From assembly GCA_002371675.1 (NCBI GenBank), contig DFGE01000022.1:35263-99262 (forward strand): 64,000 nt of DNA, in the 5' to 3' direction. The notes beneath the pieces were generated by a model, which searched no databases, was not told where the DNA came from, and saw only the letters and a program-made list of their open reading frames with translations. The DNA is from Clostridiales bacterium UBA3758. Lineage in GTDB: Bacteria; Bacillota; Clostridia; Oscillospirales; Oscillospiraceae. Position 1 is the stretch's first letter. Each line of letters begins with the position of its first letter. Made by a program: the position numbers and the translations under genes. This document shows, piece by piece, positions 1 to 8,909 of the stretch.

Positions 1-49
1 TATTGGAAGCTTTATCCGCAAACACAGGCGACTCGCAAACGGAGCCGGG

Positions 50-760
50 ATGCTGCTGACCATTGCGCTGATATTCTACGTAGTCTCGAGTCCCGCAATC
101 GTCGGCGCATCCGCATCACAGCGCATCCTGCCGGTCTACAGCGTGGAGCGAACGGACAAAACCGTAGCCATATCCTTTGACGCCGGCTGGGGCAACGAGG
201 ACACGGAAGAGCTGCTGGATATCCTCGCGGCACATGGCGTCCGTGCGACATTTTTCGTAGTCGGCGATTGGGCTGATAAATACCCGGATTCTGTGAAAGC
301 CATTGCACAGAGCGGCTGCGAGGTGATGAACCACAGCTCGACTCACGCGCACTTCGCTTCACTTACGACAGATCAGATTTTAGCAGATATCCGCGCCTGC
401 AACGGAAAGGTAGCCGCGCTGACCGGAGTTGAGCCGAGCCTTTTTCGCTGTCCGTACGGAGAGTATGACGACCATGTGATCTCTGCCGTAAACAGTCTCG
501 GAATGACCGCGATCCAATGGGATGTGGACAGTCTGGACTGGAAGGGAATCTCTGCGCAGGAAATCACAGACCGGGTCCTGCGCAGTGTCAAGGACGGGAG
601 CATCATTCTGTTCCATAATGCAGCTGAGCATACACCCGAGGCGCTGCCAGGCATCCTCGACGAGCTGCAGCGCAGAGGCTATTCTGTCGTTCCTGTTTCA
701 GAGATTCTGCTTTCCGGCGAAACCTACCTGGACAACACCGGCAGACAGTGGGCAAAATAG
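50..760 (+). CDS. polysaccharide deacetylase family protein (NodB homology domain)
   Basis: 236-aa ORF with an N-terminal hydrophobic segment and NodB-like motifs (SFDAGWG, HSSTHAH, RCPYGEY, ILFHN). The frame is open to the window start, so the true start may lie upstream. Confidence 0.8.
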   Translation: MLLTIALIFYVVSSPAIVGASASQRILPVYSVERTDKTVAISFDAGWGNEDTEELLDILAAHGVRATFFVVGDWADKYPDSVKAIAQSGCEVMNHSSTHAHFASLTTDQILADIRACNGKVAALTGVEPSLFRCPYGEYDDHVISAVNSLGMTAIQWDVDSLDWKGISAQEITDRVLRSVKDGSIILFHNAAEHTPEALPGILDELQRRGYSVVPVSEILLSGETYLDNTGRQWAK

Positions 761-842
761 GATTTACGCATAAAGCATGGAGCCGAGACTGCAGTTCAAC
801 GAAATAGCTGCATAGGGTTTACACAATAATATCTACCCCGTC

Positions 843-878
843 CGCGCAGGGAGCGATGAAGACATCGCTCCCTGCGCG
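843..878 (+). terminator. 16-bp GC-rich stem-loop downstream of the deacetylase gene (putative terminator)
   Basis: Perfect inverted repeat ccgcgcagggagcgatg / catcgctccctgcgcg with a 4-nt loop. The trailing T-run is weak. Confidence 0.35.
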
Positions 879-985
879 TTAATGGCATTCATGTTTCCTC
901 TACCTCGCGCCGAAAAAGATTATTCACCTCGTTTCGCAAAACCGCTGCACAAGAGGCGGTATTTCGCGCTTCCCGGGACTTTTGC

Positions 986-1014
986 TTGACTTCATTAATA
1001 TATAAATTTATAAT
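986..1014 (+). promoter_or_regulatory. sigma-70-type promoter for the 1106 CDS
   Basis: TTGACT, 17-nt spacer, TATAAT in an AT-rich intergenic region about 90 nt upstream of the start codon. Confidence 0.45.
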
Positions 1015-1105
1015 TTGAGGTAGCAGCGATCTTCTTTCTGCTCCACGTGTTTTTTTATTTAAAGAAGTTTGTTCCTTTTTCAATCATTCAAGAGAGGAGA
1101 ACAGC

Positions 1106-3847
1106 ATGGTACGCAACAAAGAAAACCTGCTCAAACTGGGCAAAAAAATGACCGACCGTATCCCGCAGAAGCTGGGCCTCGTAAGCATCACGGAAAAAGA
1201 CCCTGAATTCTGGGGCATGGTCAACGTGCTCGACGACGAAATGGTGGAGATCGCCCTGAAGATGAAGCAGCGCACTCCCTATTCGCTCAAAGAGCTCTCC
1301 GCTCTCACCGGCATTCCCGAGGATCCCCTGTATGAAAAGCTGCAGAAAATGGCCGAGACCGGCCTGCTGGAGTACAATTGGGGCGACAAGCTCATGAAGG
1401 AACACTCCCGCGAAACCAAGCGCTATGTGCTGCCGCTCTTCGTCCCGGGATCAGCGGAGTTGTTCAACATGAACCGCCAGGTTTCCACCGATCACCCGGA
1501 GGTTACGGACTTCTTCGAGCGCATGACCTATCTTCCGCTCGAGCACGTCACGCATATGGTGCCTCCCGGCGGCGCCGGCATCGGCATGCACACGATCCCG
1601 GTCGAAAAGGCAATTCCCGCCAAGTCCAAGTCCATCGACATTGAACACATTTCCTACTGGTTGAAAAAATACGAAGGACACATCGGCGTCGCCGTTTGTT
1701 CCTGCCGCCGCAGCGAATCGACCCGCGGCCAGGGTTCCGGCGACATCCAGGCTGACTGGTGCATCGGCGTAGGCGAATTTGCGGATTTCACCAATGAGGT
1801 CGGCATCGGCCGCGCCATCAGCTACGAGGAGGCCATGCAGATCCTGCAGCGCGCTGAGGATCTCGGATACGTTCATCAGATCACCAATATTGACGGTGAG
1901 GACAAGATCTTCGCCATCTGCAACTGTGCGCCGGGTGTCTGCTATGCGCTGCGCACCTCACAGTACTTCAATACCCCGAATATGTCCCGCTCCGCTTATG
2001 TAGCGCGTGTGGACAAGCAGAAGTGCGTCGCCTGCGGCAAGTGCGTGGAAGTCTGTCCCGCCGGCGCTGCGCGTCTCGGCCAGAAGCTCTGTACAAAGCA
2101 GGGTCCCGTCCGCTATCCCAAACACGAGCTGCCGGATGACACGCCCTGGGGTCCCGAGCACTTCTCCCCCGACTACCGCACGCTCAACCAGGTCAACTGC
2201 TATGACACAGGCACTTCCCCGTGCAAAACCGCATGTCCCGCGCACATCGCAGTACAAGGCTACCTCAAGCTCGCAGCACAGGGCAGATATCTCGACGCGC
2301 TCAAGCTCATCAAGCAGGACAACCCCTTCCCCGCGGTCTGCGGCAGCATCTGCAACCGCCGCTGCGAAGAGGCCTGTACCCGAGGCATGATCGACCGCGC
2401 CGTTGCCATCGACGAAGTCAAGAAGTTCGTTGCGGAAAAAGAACTGCAGGCGGAGAACCGCTATATCCCGCCTGTCATGAACTTCAATTCCGATCCCAAT
2501 TTCCGCTTCCCCGAAAAAATCGCCGTCATCGGCGCTGGCCCCGCGGGTCTCAGCTGCGCGTATTACCTCGCCAACATGGGCTACGAAAATGTTACCGTGT
2601 TTGACCGCAATCCCATCCCCGGCGGCATGCTTACGATGGGCATCCCCTCTTTCCGGCTCGAGCGCGAGGTCATCAACGCCGAGATCGATGTGCTGCGCCA
2701 GATGGGGGTTCATTTCGAGTGCGGCGTGGAGATTGGGAAGGATATCACGATCCAGCAGCTGCGCGAGCAGGGATATAAAGGCTTCTATGTCGCCATAGGC
2801 GCGCAGAAATCTGCTCCAATCGGTATTCCCGGTGCGGAGCTCAAGGGCGTGTACGGAGGTGTGGACTTCCTTCGCCAGGTCAATTCCGGCAAGAAGCCCA
2901 GGATCGGAAAGAAGTGCGCTGTGATCGGCGGCGGCAATGTCGCAATGGATGTCTGTCGTACCGCCATCCGCCTCGGCGCGAAGGACACCTATATCATCTA
3001 CCGCCGCTCCCAAGCCGAGCTTCCCGCGGATCCCGAAGAAGTGGCCGAGGCCATGGAAGAGGGCGTGCAGTTCCGATTCCTCAACAATCCTGTCGAACTC
3101 ATCGGCGACGAAAAAGGCAAGGTCAAGGAGCTCAAGGTCGAGATCATGGAGCTCGGCGAGCCCGACGAAAAGGGACGCCGCAAGCCCGTCGGAACCGGCA
3201 AGTTCGAGACCATCGAGGTCACATCCGTCATCGGCGCTATAGGCCAGAGGGTCGACTGGGGCAAGCTCGACCTCGGCAATCTCCGCTTCGATAAGCGCGG
3301 TCTGGCCAAAGCCGACAAGGTCACCTATCAGAGCGATCAGCTCGATATCTTCGTCGGCGGTGACTGCCTGACCGGTCCGAAGTTTGCCATCGATGCGATC
3401 GCCGCCGGCCGCGAGGGCGCCATTTCCCTGCACCGCTTTGTGCAGCCCGGCCAGCAGCTCACGCTCAACCGCAATCTGCGCGAGTTCATCGAGCTTGACA
3501 AGGACAACGCCATGATGCCCCTCGGCTATGATCATGCCCAGCGCCAGATCCCCGGGCGCAATCCTGACAAGGCCATGACCTTCCGGAATGATCGCCTCCC
3601 CTTCACCGAGGCGCAGGTCAAAAAGGAAACCGCACGCTGCCTCGGCTGCGGCGCGACAGAAGTGGACGAGAACCAGTGCATCGGCTGCGGTCTCTGCACG
3701 ACCAAGTGCGAATTTGACGCCATTCATCTCTTCCGCGAGCGTCCCGAGTGCTCCACGATGGTAAAGGCGGAGGATAAGCTCAAAGCCATCGGTCCCTACG
3801 CGGCCAAGCGTGAGATCAAGATCCTCAAAAAGCTGATCGGCAAATAA
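1106..3847 (+). CDS. Fe-S flavoprotein oxidoreductase, GltD-like (glutamate synthase small-chain-like) with an N-terminal Cys-rich/ferredoxin region
   Basis: 913 aa with RBS gagaggag. Several CxxCxxCxxxCP ferredoxin motifs, two dinucleotide-binding GxGxxG motifs (IGAGPAGL, IGGGNVAMD) and a C-terminal 2x[4Fe-4S] motif. Confidence 0.75.
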   Translation: MVRNKENLLKLGKKMTDRIPQKLGLVSITEKDPEFWGMVNVLDDEMVEIALKMKQRTPYSLKELSALTGIPEDPLYEKLQKMAETGLLEYNWGDKLMKEHSRETKRYVLPLFVPGSAELFNMNRQVSTDHPEVTDFFERMTYLPLEHVTHMVPPGGAGIGMHTIPVEKAIPAKSKSIDIEHISYWLKKYEGHIGVAVCSCRRSESTRGQGSGDIQADWCIGVGEFADFTNEVGIGRAISYEEAMQILQRAEDLGYVHQITNIDGEDKIFAICNCAPGVCYALRTSQYFNTPNMSRSAYVARVDKQKCVACGKCVEVCPAGAARLGQKLCTKQGPVRYPKHELPDDTPWGPEHFSPDYRTLNQVNCYDTGTSPCKTACPAHIAVQGYLKLAAQGRYLDALKLIKQDNPFPAVCGSICNRRCEEACTRGMIDRAVAIDEVKKFVAEKELQAENRYIPPVMNFNSDPNFRFPEKIAVIGAGPAGLSCAYYLANMGYENVTVFDRNPIPGGMLTMGIPSFRLEREVINAEIDVLRQMGVHFECGVEIGKDITIQQLREQGYKGFYVAIGAQKSAPIGIPGAELKGVYGGVDFLRQVNSGKKPRIGKKCAVIGGGNVAMDVCRTAIRLGAKDTYIIYRRSQAELPADPEEVAEAMEEGVQFRFLNNPVELIGDEKGKVKELKVEIMELGEPDEKGRRKPVGTGKFETIEVTSVIGAIGQRVDWGKLDLGNLRFDKRGLAKADKVTYQSDQLDIFVGGDCLTGPKFAIDAIAAGREGAISLHRFVQPGQQLTLNRNLREFIELDKDNAMMPLGYDHAQRQIPGRNPDKAMTFRNDRLPFTEAQVKKETARCLGCGATEVDENQCIGCGLCTTKCEFDAIHLFRERPECSTMVKAEDKLKAIGPYAAKREIKILKKLIGK

Positions 3848-3888
3848 ACACTGCACTGATCCTTGCATCCGCAGTACAGTCATTGACC

Positions 3889-3922
3889 GAAAGAACCTGC
3901 TGCGCCCGCAGCAGGTTCTTTC
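3889..3922. terminator. bidirectional stem-loop between convergent genes
   Basis: gaaagaacctgctgcg / cgcagcaggttctttc inverted repeat between the stops of the 1106-3847 (+) and 3952-4236 (-) genes. Confidence 0.6.
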
Positions 3923-3951
3923 AATTGAAATCCATATTCAAATACAGTCGA

Positions 3952-4236
3952 TCAGGTGGTCACGTGTTTTTCCAGGACGGAACGCAGTGCGGACAGCGAG
4001 CTTGTTTTACAATGCTCTACAATCGTTCCCTGACCGTCAACTTCATTCATCGCTCCATGAAGCATCTTGTGGGACATCGTGCTTGTAAACAGGATCACCA
4101 GATCCGGATTTCCGAGCTTGTTCTTCAGACCGCCGCGCAGCTTGGTGAACACCTTGGCGCTGCAGCGGTAGCTCTCGCAGAGCTCCTTATACCGCCGCTC
4201 CATACATTCATTACCGCCCACGATCACAACGCTCAT
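3952..4236 (-). CDS. DUF2325-like small protein
   Basis: 94 aa with strong RBS ggaggtg. Sequence (MSVVIVGGNE...DLVILFTSTMSHK) recalled as the DUF2325 family. Confidence 0.55.
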   Translation of the reverse strand: MSVVIVGGNECMERRYKELCESYRCSAKVFTKLRGGLKNKLGNPDLVILFTSTMSHKMLHGAMNEVDGQGTIVEHCKTSSLSALRSVLEKHVTT

Positions 4237-4594
4237 AAGTCACCTCCGGTTGAATCCCATTTGTTTTCCTTATCTTCCGTTCAGGCCTCACTTGTTAGAC
4301 GTATTTAATCTTGATCTTAGTTTAACACATTTAACTGCTTTTGTCAACGGCATTATTCATATCAGGATGATAGGAAATTTGTATTCATATTATCCTTCAA
4401 CAAAAATGCTTGAAAGATTTCCGAAGCGGGTAGATCAATACGAATCTTTGTTTTTATGCCCATCCATCATATTTTGTATTATGCTCCTTGCTTTTTCAAG
4501 AAGTGAGGATGCCCCTGCGGTCAGCACAATAGCAAGCACGCCGTAGGCGTAAGAAAGCAGTGATCCTGTATACATTCTGCACCATTCGCTGTCG

Positions 4595-5392
4595 TCAGCC
4601 CAAGGCCACATCAAGGATCATCATGAGGATAAAGCCAGCGGCAAAGCCTATTGTACCGTGATTGGAATGGCTGCTGCCTGACGCTTCCGGGATCAGTTCT
4701 TCCACGACGACATAGAGCATTGCGCCGGCTGCAAAAGAGAGGAGATACGGGAGCAGCGTTGTGATCTGCCTGGTCAGGAAGATCGTGATGACCGCCGCAA
4801 TCGGTTCCACAGCGCCGGAGAGCAGGCCAAGCAGGAAAGCCCGCTTTTTACTTCTCCCCTCCCCGGCGAGCGGCATGGAGATTACCGCGCCTTCCGGGAA
4901 ATTTTGAATCGCAATTCCGACAGCAAGCGCATAGGCAGAAGCCATGGATACGCCTTGCCCCTGCTGCAGCGCGCCGGAGAACACCACACCGGGCGCCATG
5001 CCCTCCGGAATGTTATGCAGGGTCACGGCGAGACAGAGCATTACTGAGCGGTTCAGCAATTTGCTGCTGCGGCGCGCACCCTCCGGCTCGCTTGCGTCCA
5101 TATGCAGATGCGGGATCAAGCTGTCCAGAAGAAGCAGGAAAGCAAATCCCGCCGCCGTTCCGATCGAGGCGGGAAGAAAAGAGAGCTTCCCCATCCCAGC
5201 GGATTCTTCCAGCGCAGGGAGAAGCAGAGAAAAAACGCTTGCCGCAACCATAACGCCGGAGGCAAAGCCCAGCATGCTTTTCTTGAGATTCTCGCTCATC
5301 TCCCCCCGGAGAAGAAACACGCATGCGGCGCCGGCAGCGGTGCCGATAAAGGGAATCAACAGTCCCAAGGCGGTTTGAAAGATAAGATTCAT
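4595..5392 (-). CDS. ZIP family metal (zinc) transporter
   Basis: 265 aa, polytopic hydrophobic protein with ZIP signature motifs HNIPEG and QNFPEG. RBS aaggaggg. Confidence 0.8.
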   Translation of the reverse strand: MNLIFQTALGLLIPFIGTAAGAACVFLLRGEMSENLKKSMLGFASGVMVAASVFSLLLPALEESAGMGKLSFLPASIGTAAGFAFLLLLDSLIPHLHMDASEPEGARRSSKLLNRSVMLCLAVTLHNIPEGMAPGVVFSGALQQGQGVSMASAYALAVGIAIQNFPEGAVISMPLAGEGRSKKRAFLLGLLSGAVEPIAAVITIFLTRQITTLLPYLLSFAAGAMLYVVVEELIPEASGSSHSNHGTIGFAAGFILMMILDVALG

Positions 5393-5828
5393 GTCTATCC
5401 CTCCTTATGAAGAATAGCCGTCGTAACGTTGACGACACGTAATGTAGCCTCTCTCTCCGACAATGTTTTGCCTGATTATCGTTTATGCGGCATAAGAAGG
5501 ATATATTACTCTCAATTTCCTGAGAGGCCTGGTTTTTCTGCATTATGATTAGATATGTTTAACCATGGCTGTTTTATTTTGCCGCGGCGATGAACCGCGG
5601 CAGTCTTCATTCCAGCGAAAACTGTTAAATACATCTTACCGAATGATAACACGAACTTTTCTAAAAATCTATAGCGAATAAGCATTTCTCTCCACAATTT
5701 CCGGTAAAATATCCAGCGCGTTCTATATAATAGCGTGACAACATGGCTCAATTGTTTGTCAATGCCGCACGGGCTTCCTCAGGTCAATCCGCAAATTACG
5801 ACATTTCCAGGAGGTGCGCGGATAAAGG

Positions 5829-5873
5829 AAAAGACCTGCGATCGTATCTCATGGACACAATCGCAGGCTTTTT
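5829..5873 (-). terminator. rho-independent terminator just after the integrase stop (host-side flank of attL)
   Basis: Stem cctgcga/tcgcagg with A/T-extended arms and a T-run on the minus strand. Sequence similarity to the attR side ends here. Confidence 0.5.
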
Positions 5874-7468
5874 CACTTTTGAGCGAACACGGACGCCACG
5901 AATACCTCATTGAGGAAGTATTTCGCGGTGTTCGTATTCGCGCCATTTGGTACGGCTGACGGCGCGAAGCACGAACTCAGAGCCTCACCCTCTGCAACCG
6001 TCTTTTCCGCGAGTTTGACCGAGATTTTACTTTTATCGCCCGCGAAATTCAAGTGGAGCAGAAGACGTCCATCATCATAGAGATATGCAGCTTTGAGGAA
6101 GGTATCGACCAGCCAGATCCTTGTTCTGATATCCGAAGGATCTTCATTGCGGAAGCGTTTCAGGAACCAGACTACCGATTCCCGCTCAAGGGCCGGGGCG
6201 CTCCCGGCGAGCTTCTCTTTGGCAATACCGACCTCCAGGGCGGCCCGCTTCCCTTCCAACTCCACCAGATGGCTTTTGACGCTGTCCGTGATAAAGCCGC
6301 TGTCGATCAGATCCATGTTGTTCTTGATCGCGTCGTTCACCTCGCGGAGCTGCTGCTCGAGGCCGGAAGCTACATCGTCTGTATTCTGCCGGGCCTGCCA
6401 ATCCATGAAGCGGTCGGCGATCTCGTTTACCATCTCGTCGCTGTTCACGATCTCGGCGAGTTTGGTGACAACGACGTCCTCGATCCAATCTTTCTGTGCC
6501 CGCTCTTTGGTGCACAGCTTGGCCCGCCTGCCGACACAGGTATAGTAGGAATACACCTTTCCTGTTTTGCTCGTGCCGGAATCTCCCGTCATGGGCTTAC
6601 CGCATTCCCCGCAGAACAGCTTCGATGTGAGCAAGAAGCCGCCGTCCGCCTTTTTCGCTGCAGGGGATTCATGATTCTTCTCTACCATCTTTTGCACCTT
6701 CTCGAACAGCGCACGGTCGACAATCGGTGGAATGCCGTTTTCGTCTCGGATTTCGCAATACTCATAAACGCCGATGTACTTCTCATTTTGGAGAATGCGC
6801 CGGATCGAGCTTTTGTTGAATCGGTTTCCCCTGCTGGTATGGAAACCTTCATTGTTCAGCTCGGTATAGATCTCTTTCGCCGACTTCCCCGCCGCGTATT
6901 CCTCGAAGATGCGCTTCACGATGGGCGCGGTCTCCGGGTCATGCTCAAACCGCTTATCCGGGCCTCTGCGCAGGCCAAACACCTGTTGCCCCAGCGTCTG
7001 TCTTTTCAAGGCGCTGTCATAGTTCCCGCGCTTTACATTCTGCGACAGGTTGGCCGAGTAATACTCGGCGAAGCCTTCCATGACAGATTCCAGGATGATT
7101 CCTTCCGGGCCGTCCGGTATGTACTCCTTTGCGTACAGAACCCTCACGCCGTTCTGTTTGAGCTTCGCCTTATAGATGGCGCTGTCATACCGGGAGCGAG
7201 CGAAACGGTCATTCTTCCAAGTTATAACCACGGAGAACTGTCCCTTCGCGCTGTCGCGGATCATCTTCTGAAATTTCGGGCGCTTATCGGAAGTGCCGGT
7301 CAAGGCCCGGTCGCAGTATTCCTCTACGATACGGATTCCAAACTTTTCGGCGTAGGCATGGCAATCCCGAAGCTGCCCCTCTATGCTTTCCTCTCGCTGG
7401 CCGGAGGAGGAATACCGGGCATAGATCACGCCGATCTCCTGATCTAACGGCTTTTTGTCCTTTGCCAT
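5873..7468 (-). CDS. large serine recombinase (phage integrase)
   Basis: N-terminal resolvase catalytic domain (IYARYSSSGQ), recombinase domain, Cys-rich zinc ribbon (CGECGKPM...CVGRRAKLC) and coiled coil. ATG at 7468 has RBS ggagggg; the ORF-track start at 7501 lacks one. Confidence 0.9.
   Translation of the reverse strand: MAKDKKPLDQEIGVIYARYSSSGQREESIEGQLRDCHAYAEKFGIRIVEEYCDRALTGTSDKRPKFQKMIRDSAKGQFSVVITWKNDRFARSRYDSAIYKAKLKQNGVRVLYAKEYIPDGPEGIILESVMEGFAEYYSANLSQNVKRGNYDSALKRQTLGQQVFGLRRGPDKRFEHDPETAPIVKRIFEEYAAGKSAKEIYTELNNEGFHTSRGNRFNKSSIRRILQNEKYIGVYEYCEIRDENGIPPIVDRALFEKVQKMVEKNHESPAAKKADGGFLLTSKLFCGECGKPMTGDSGTSKTGKVYSYYTCVGRRAKLCTKERAQKDWIEDVVVTKLAEIVNSDEMVNEIADRFMDWQARQNTDDVASGLEQQLREVNDAIKNNMDLIDSGFITDSVKSHLVELEGKRAALEVGIAKEKLAGSAPALERESVVWFLKRFRNEDPSDIRTRIWLVDTFLKAAYLYDDGRLLLHLNFAGDKSKISVKLAEKTVAEGEALSSCFAPSAVPNGANTNTAKYFLNEVFVASVFAQK
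5889..5962. repeat. attL (left direct repeat, inside the integrase 3' coding end)
   Basis: 74 nt identical to 56976-57049 except 4 mismatches. Weaker similarity extends to 5867. Confidence 0.75.
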
Positions 7469-7469
7469 C

Positions 7470-7988
7470 TTACCCCTCCAACGAATACGATTTGCGGGCA
7501 AGGGTAGCCTCGTTCGCTGTCGGCTCGCAAATCAGCACCTCAACGTCAGAGCGCCCATTCAGCGCGAAGCGATAGGTGACGGTGATTTCCTCCCCGTTCC
7601 TGACCTCTTTTATCAGGTCGGCATCGGCACCGTTGATATCGGAGCAGTCTTCCAATTCCACATCTTCCTGGAACGCCTTTACAACAAAACTGCACAGGGC
7701 ATAGTAAGGATCTGCCTGATCGTTTTTATATACGGCCTCAATCACGAGGTATTCGCGGCCGTCATCCCCTTCTGTGATTGAGCAGTCGCGCAGCTCCAGG
7801 GACATATCATCAAATTCGGCTATCTCTGTGAGAGCTTCTTCCACGGGCGGCTCGGTTGCTTCGGCTACTATGCCCTCACCCGTGGCCGGTGTTTCTTCCG
7901 GCTCTTGACCCGCTGGCGAAGAATCGGAACAGCCAACTAAAAATACCAAGATCAGGGCAACAAACAGCACAACAGCAGCTTTTTTCAT
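7470..7988 (-). CDS. lipoprotein of unknown function in the lysogeny module
   Basis: 172 aa with a signal peptide and lipobox (LVFLVGC). Sits between the repressor and integrase genes; its stop abuts the int start. Confidence 0.6.
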   Translation of the reverse strand: MKKAAVVLFVALILVFLVGCSDSSPAGQEPEETPATGEGIVAEATEPPVEEALTEIAEFDDMSLELRDCSITEGDDGREYLVIEAVYKNDQADPYYALCSFVVKAFQEDVELEDCSDINGADADLIKEVRNGEEITVTYRFALNGRSDVEVLICEPTANEATLARKSYSLEG

Positions 7989-8042
7989 TGTATTCCCTCC
8001 CCGCCGTGTCGAATCCCGGCGAAAGTGATATTCTCCCGATTG

Positions 8043-8071
8043 TTACATTTTTGTAATTATTGTGGTATATT
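8043..8071 (+). promoter_or_regulatory. putative extended -10 promoter facing the repressor 3' end
   Basis: TTACAT, 17 nt, TGgTATATT, located 45 nt upstream of a small RBS-preceded ORF. Confidence 0.3.
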
Positions 8072-8114
8072 AGGGTCACCGTCGACGGCAGAATCATTGA
8101 AAGGAGTTCTAACC

Positions 8115-8246
8115 ATGACCGAGGAAGAGGCCAGGGCCATTGTAGCCATGCTTACCACAGAGGAAAAGATTCTGCTCAACGAGATGCTAAAAGACCTTGA
8201 ACAAAAGCGTCAACCTTCATTATCTCCTCAGGCGTCAAAGACATGA
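8115..8246 (+). CDS. hypothetical 43-aa protein, antisense-overlapping the repressor C-terminus
   Basis: ATG preceded by aaaggag. Overlaps 8176-8246 of the convergent repressor gene. May be a shadow ORF. Confidence 0.25.
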   Translation: MTEEEARAIVAMLTTEEKILLNEMLKDLEQKRQPSLSPQASKT

Positions 8247-8541
8247 GCCGCTTAATAAGTTCTCTATCAAGCCCGTCACCGCTTTCGGTGGTGGGCTTTT
8301 CTTCTGCCGAAATGATCTTTGCATTGCTGTATTTTGGAACATCAAGGCCACAAAGCCAGGCGGGATTTACGCCGAGGTTAAGCGCAATAAGCTGGATGGC
8401 CATCTTCGATGGTTCGCGCTGCCCGGAAAGATACATGGATATGCTCGACTTTGGGCAGCCAAGTTTCAGGGAAAGGTCGATAATCGACATATCCCCCATT
8501 GCCTCACGGAAACGGTCTTTATCGAAAACATGATCAGACAT
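8176..8541 (-). CDS. CI-like XRE-family repressor (no S24 peptidase domain)
   Basis: 121 aa from the ATG at 8541 (RBS gaggaggg). HTH MSIIDLSLKLGCPKSSISMYLSGQREPS. Divergent from the Cro-like gene. Confidence 0.85.
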   Translation of the reverse strand: MSDHVFDKDRFREAMGDMSIIDLSLKLGCPKSSISMYLSGQREPSKMAIQLIALNLGVNPAWLCGLDVPKYSNAKIISAEEKPTTESGDGLDRELIKRLMSLTPEEIMKVDAFVQGLLASR

Positions 8542-8620
8542 GCCTTTTCCCTCCTCGAATACATTGATTATATTAAAACACAATGTGAACAAAAAATCAA
8601 CCATTTTGTTCGTTTTGTGA

Positions 8621-8649
8621 TTGACATTGAAAAAATCGTGTGCTAATAT
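8621..8649 (+). promoter_or_regulatory. early lytic promoter (PR-like)
   Basis: TTGACA, 17 nt, TAATAT, 48 nt upstream of the Cro-like start. An operator palindrome lies just downstream. Confidence 0.5.
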
Positions 8650-8661
8650 AGCCACGAGAAT

Positions 8662-8677
8662 TGTTCACGGAGTGAAC
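8662..8677. promoter_or_regulatory. operator-like palindrome tGTTCACggaGTGAAC
   Basis: 6-3-6 perfect inverted repeat between the promoter and the Cro-like RBS. An identical 16-mer recurs at 8896-8911. Confidence 0.45.
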
Positions 8678-8696
8678 ATCAAGGAGGTGACGTCCA

Positions 8697-8909
8697 ATGG
8701 AACTGACGCTTCGCGGAATTATTCTGTCTAAATATCACTCCATCTCTGATTTTGCTATTGATATTGGCTGGCCACGTGGCAAGGCTTCACGCATTGCAAA
8801 CGGCACCCAGCAGCCGAGCAAGGGCGACATGGAGCAGATGATCCGTGTTCTTGAAATCAAGAAAAACGCCGTAGCGCCTGTTTTTTTTGGCTCAATGTTC
8901 ACGGAGTGA
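8697..8909 (+). CDS. Cro-like HTH regulator
   Basis: 70 aa with RBS aaggaggtga and an HTH-like segment (ISDFAIDIGWPRGKASRIANG). First gene of the plus-strand operon, divergent from the repressor. Confidence 0.7.
   Translation: MELTLRGIILSKYHSISDFAIDIGWPRGKASRIANGTQQPSKGDMEQMIRVLEIKKNAVAPVFFGSMFTE

Noticed and set aside
1958-3883. 641-aa minus-strand ORF antisense to the oxidoreductase gene.
   Set aside because: Typical GC-rich shadow ORF. It has Arg/Gly/Ala/Leu-biased low-complexity composition, no RBS and no motifs, and the plus-strand gene has clear Fe-S/FAD motifs.
6053-7447. 464-aa plus-strand ORF inside the integrase gene.
   Set aside because: Antisense shadow of a motif-rich serine recombinase gene.
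7469-7501. N-terminal 11-codon extension of the integrase in the ORF track.
   Set aside because: It overlaps the lipoprotein gene end and lacks an RBS. The ATG at 7468 has ggagggg at proper spacing.
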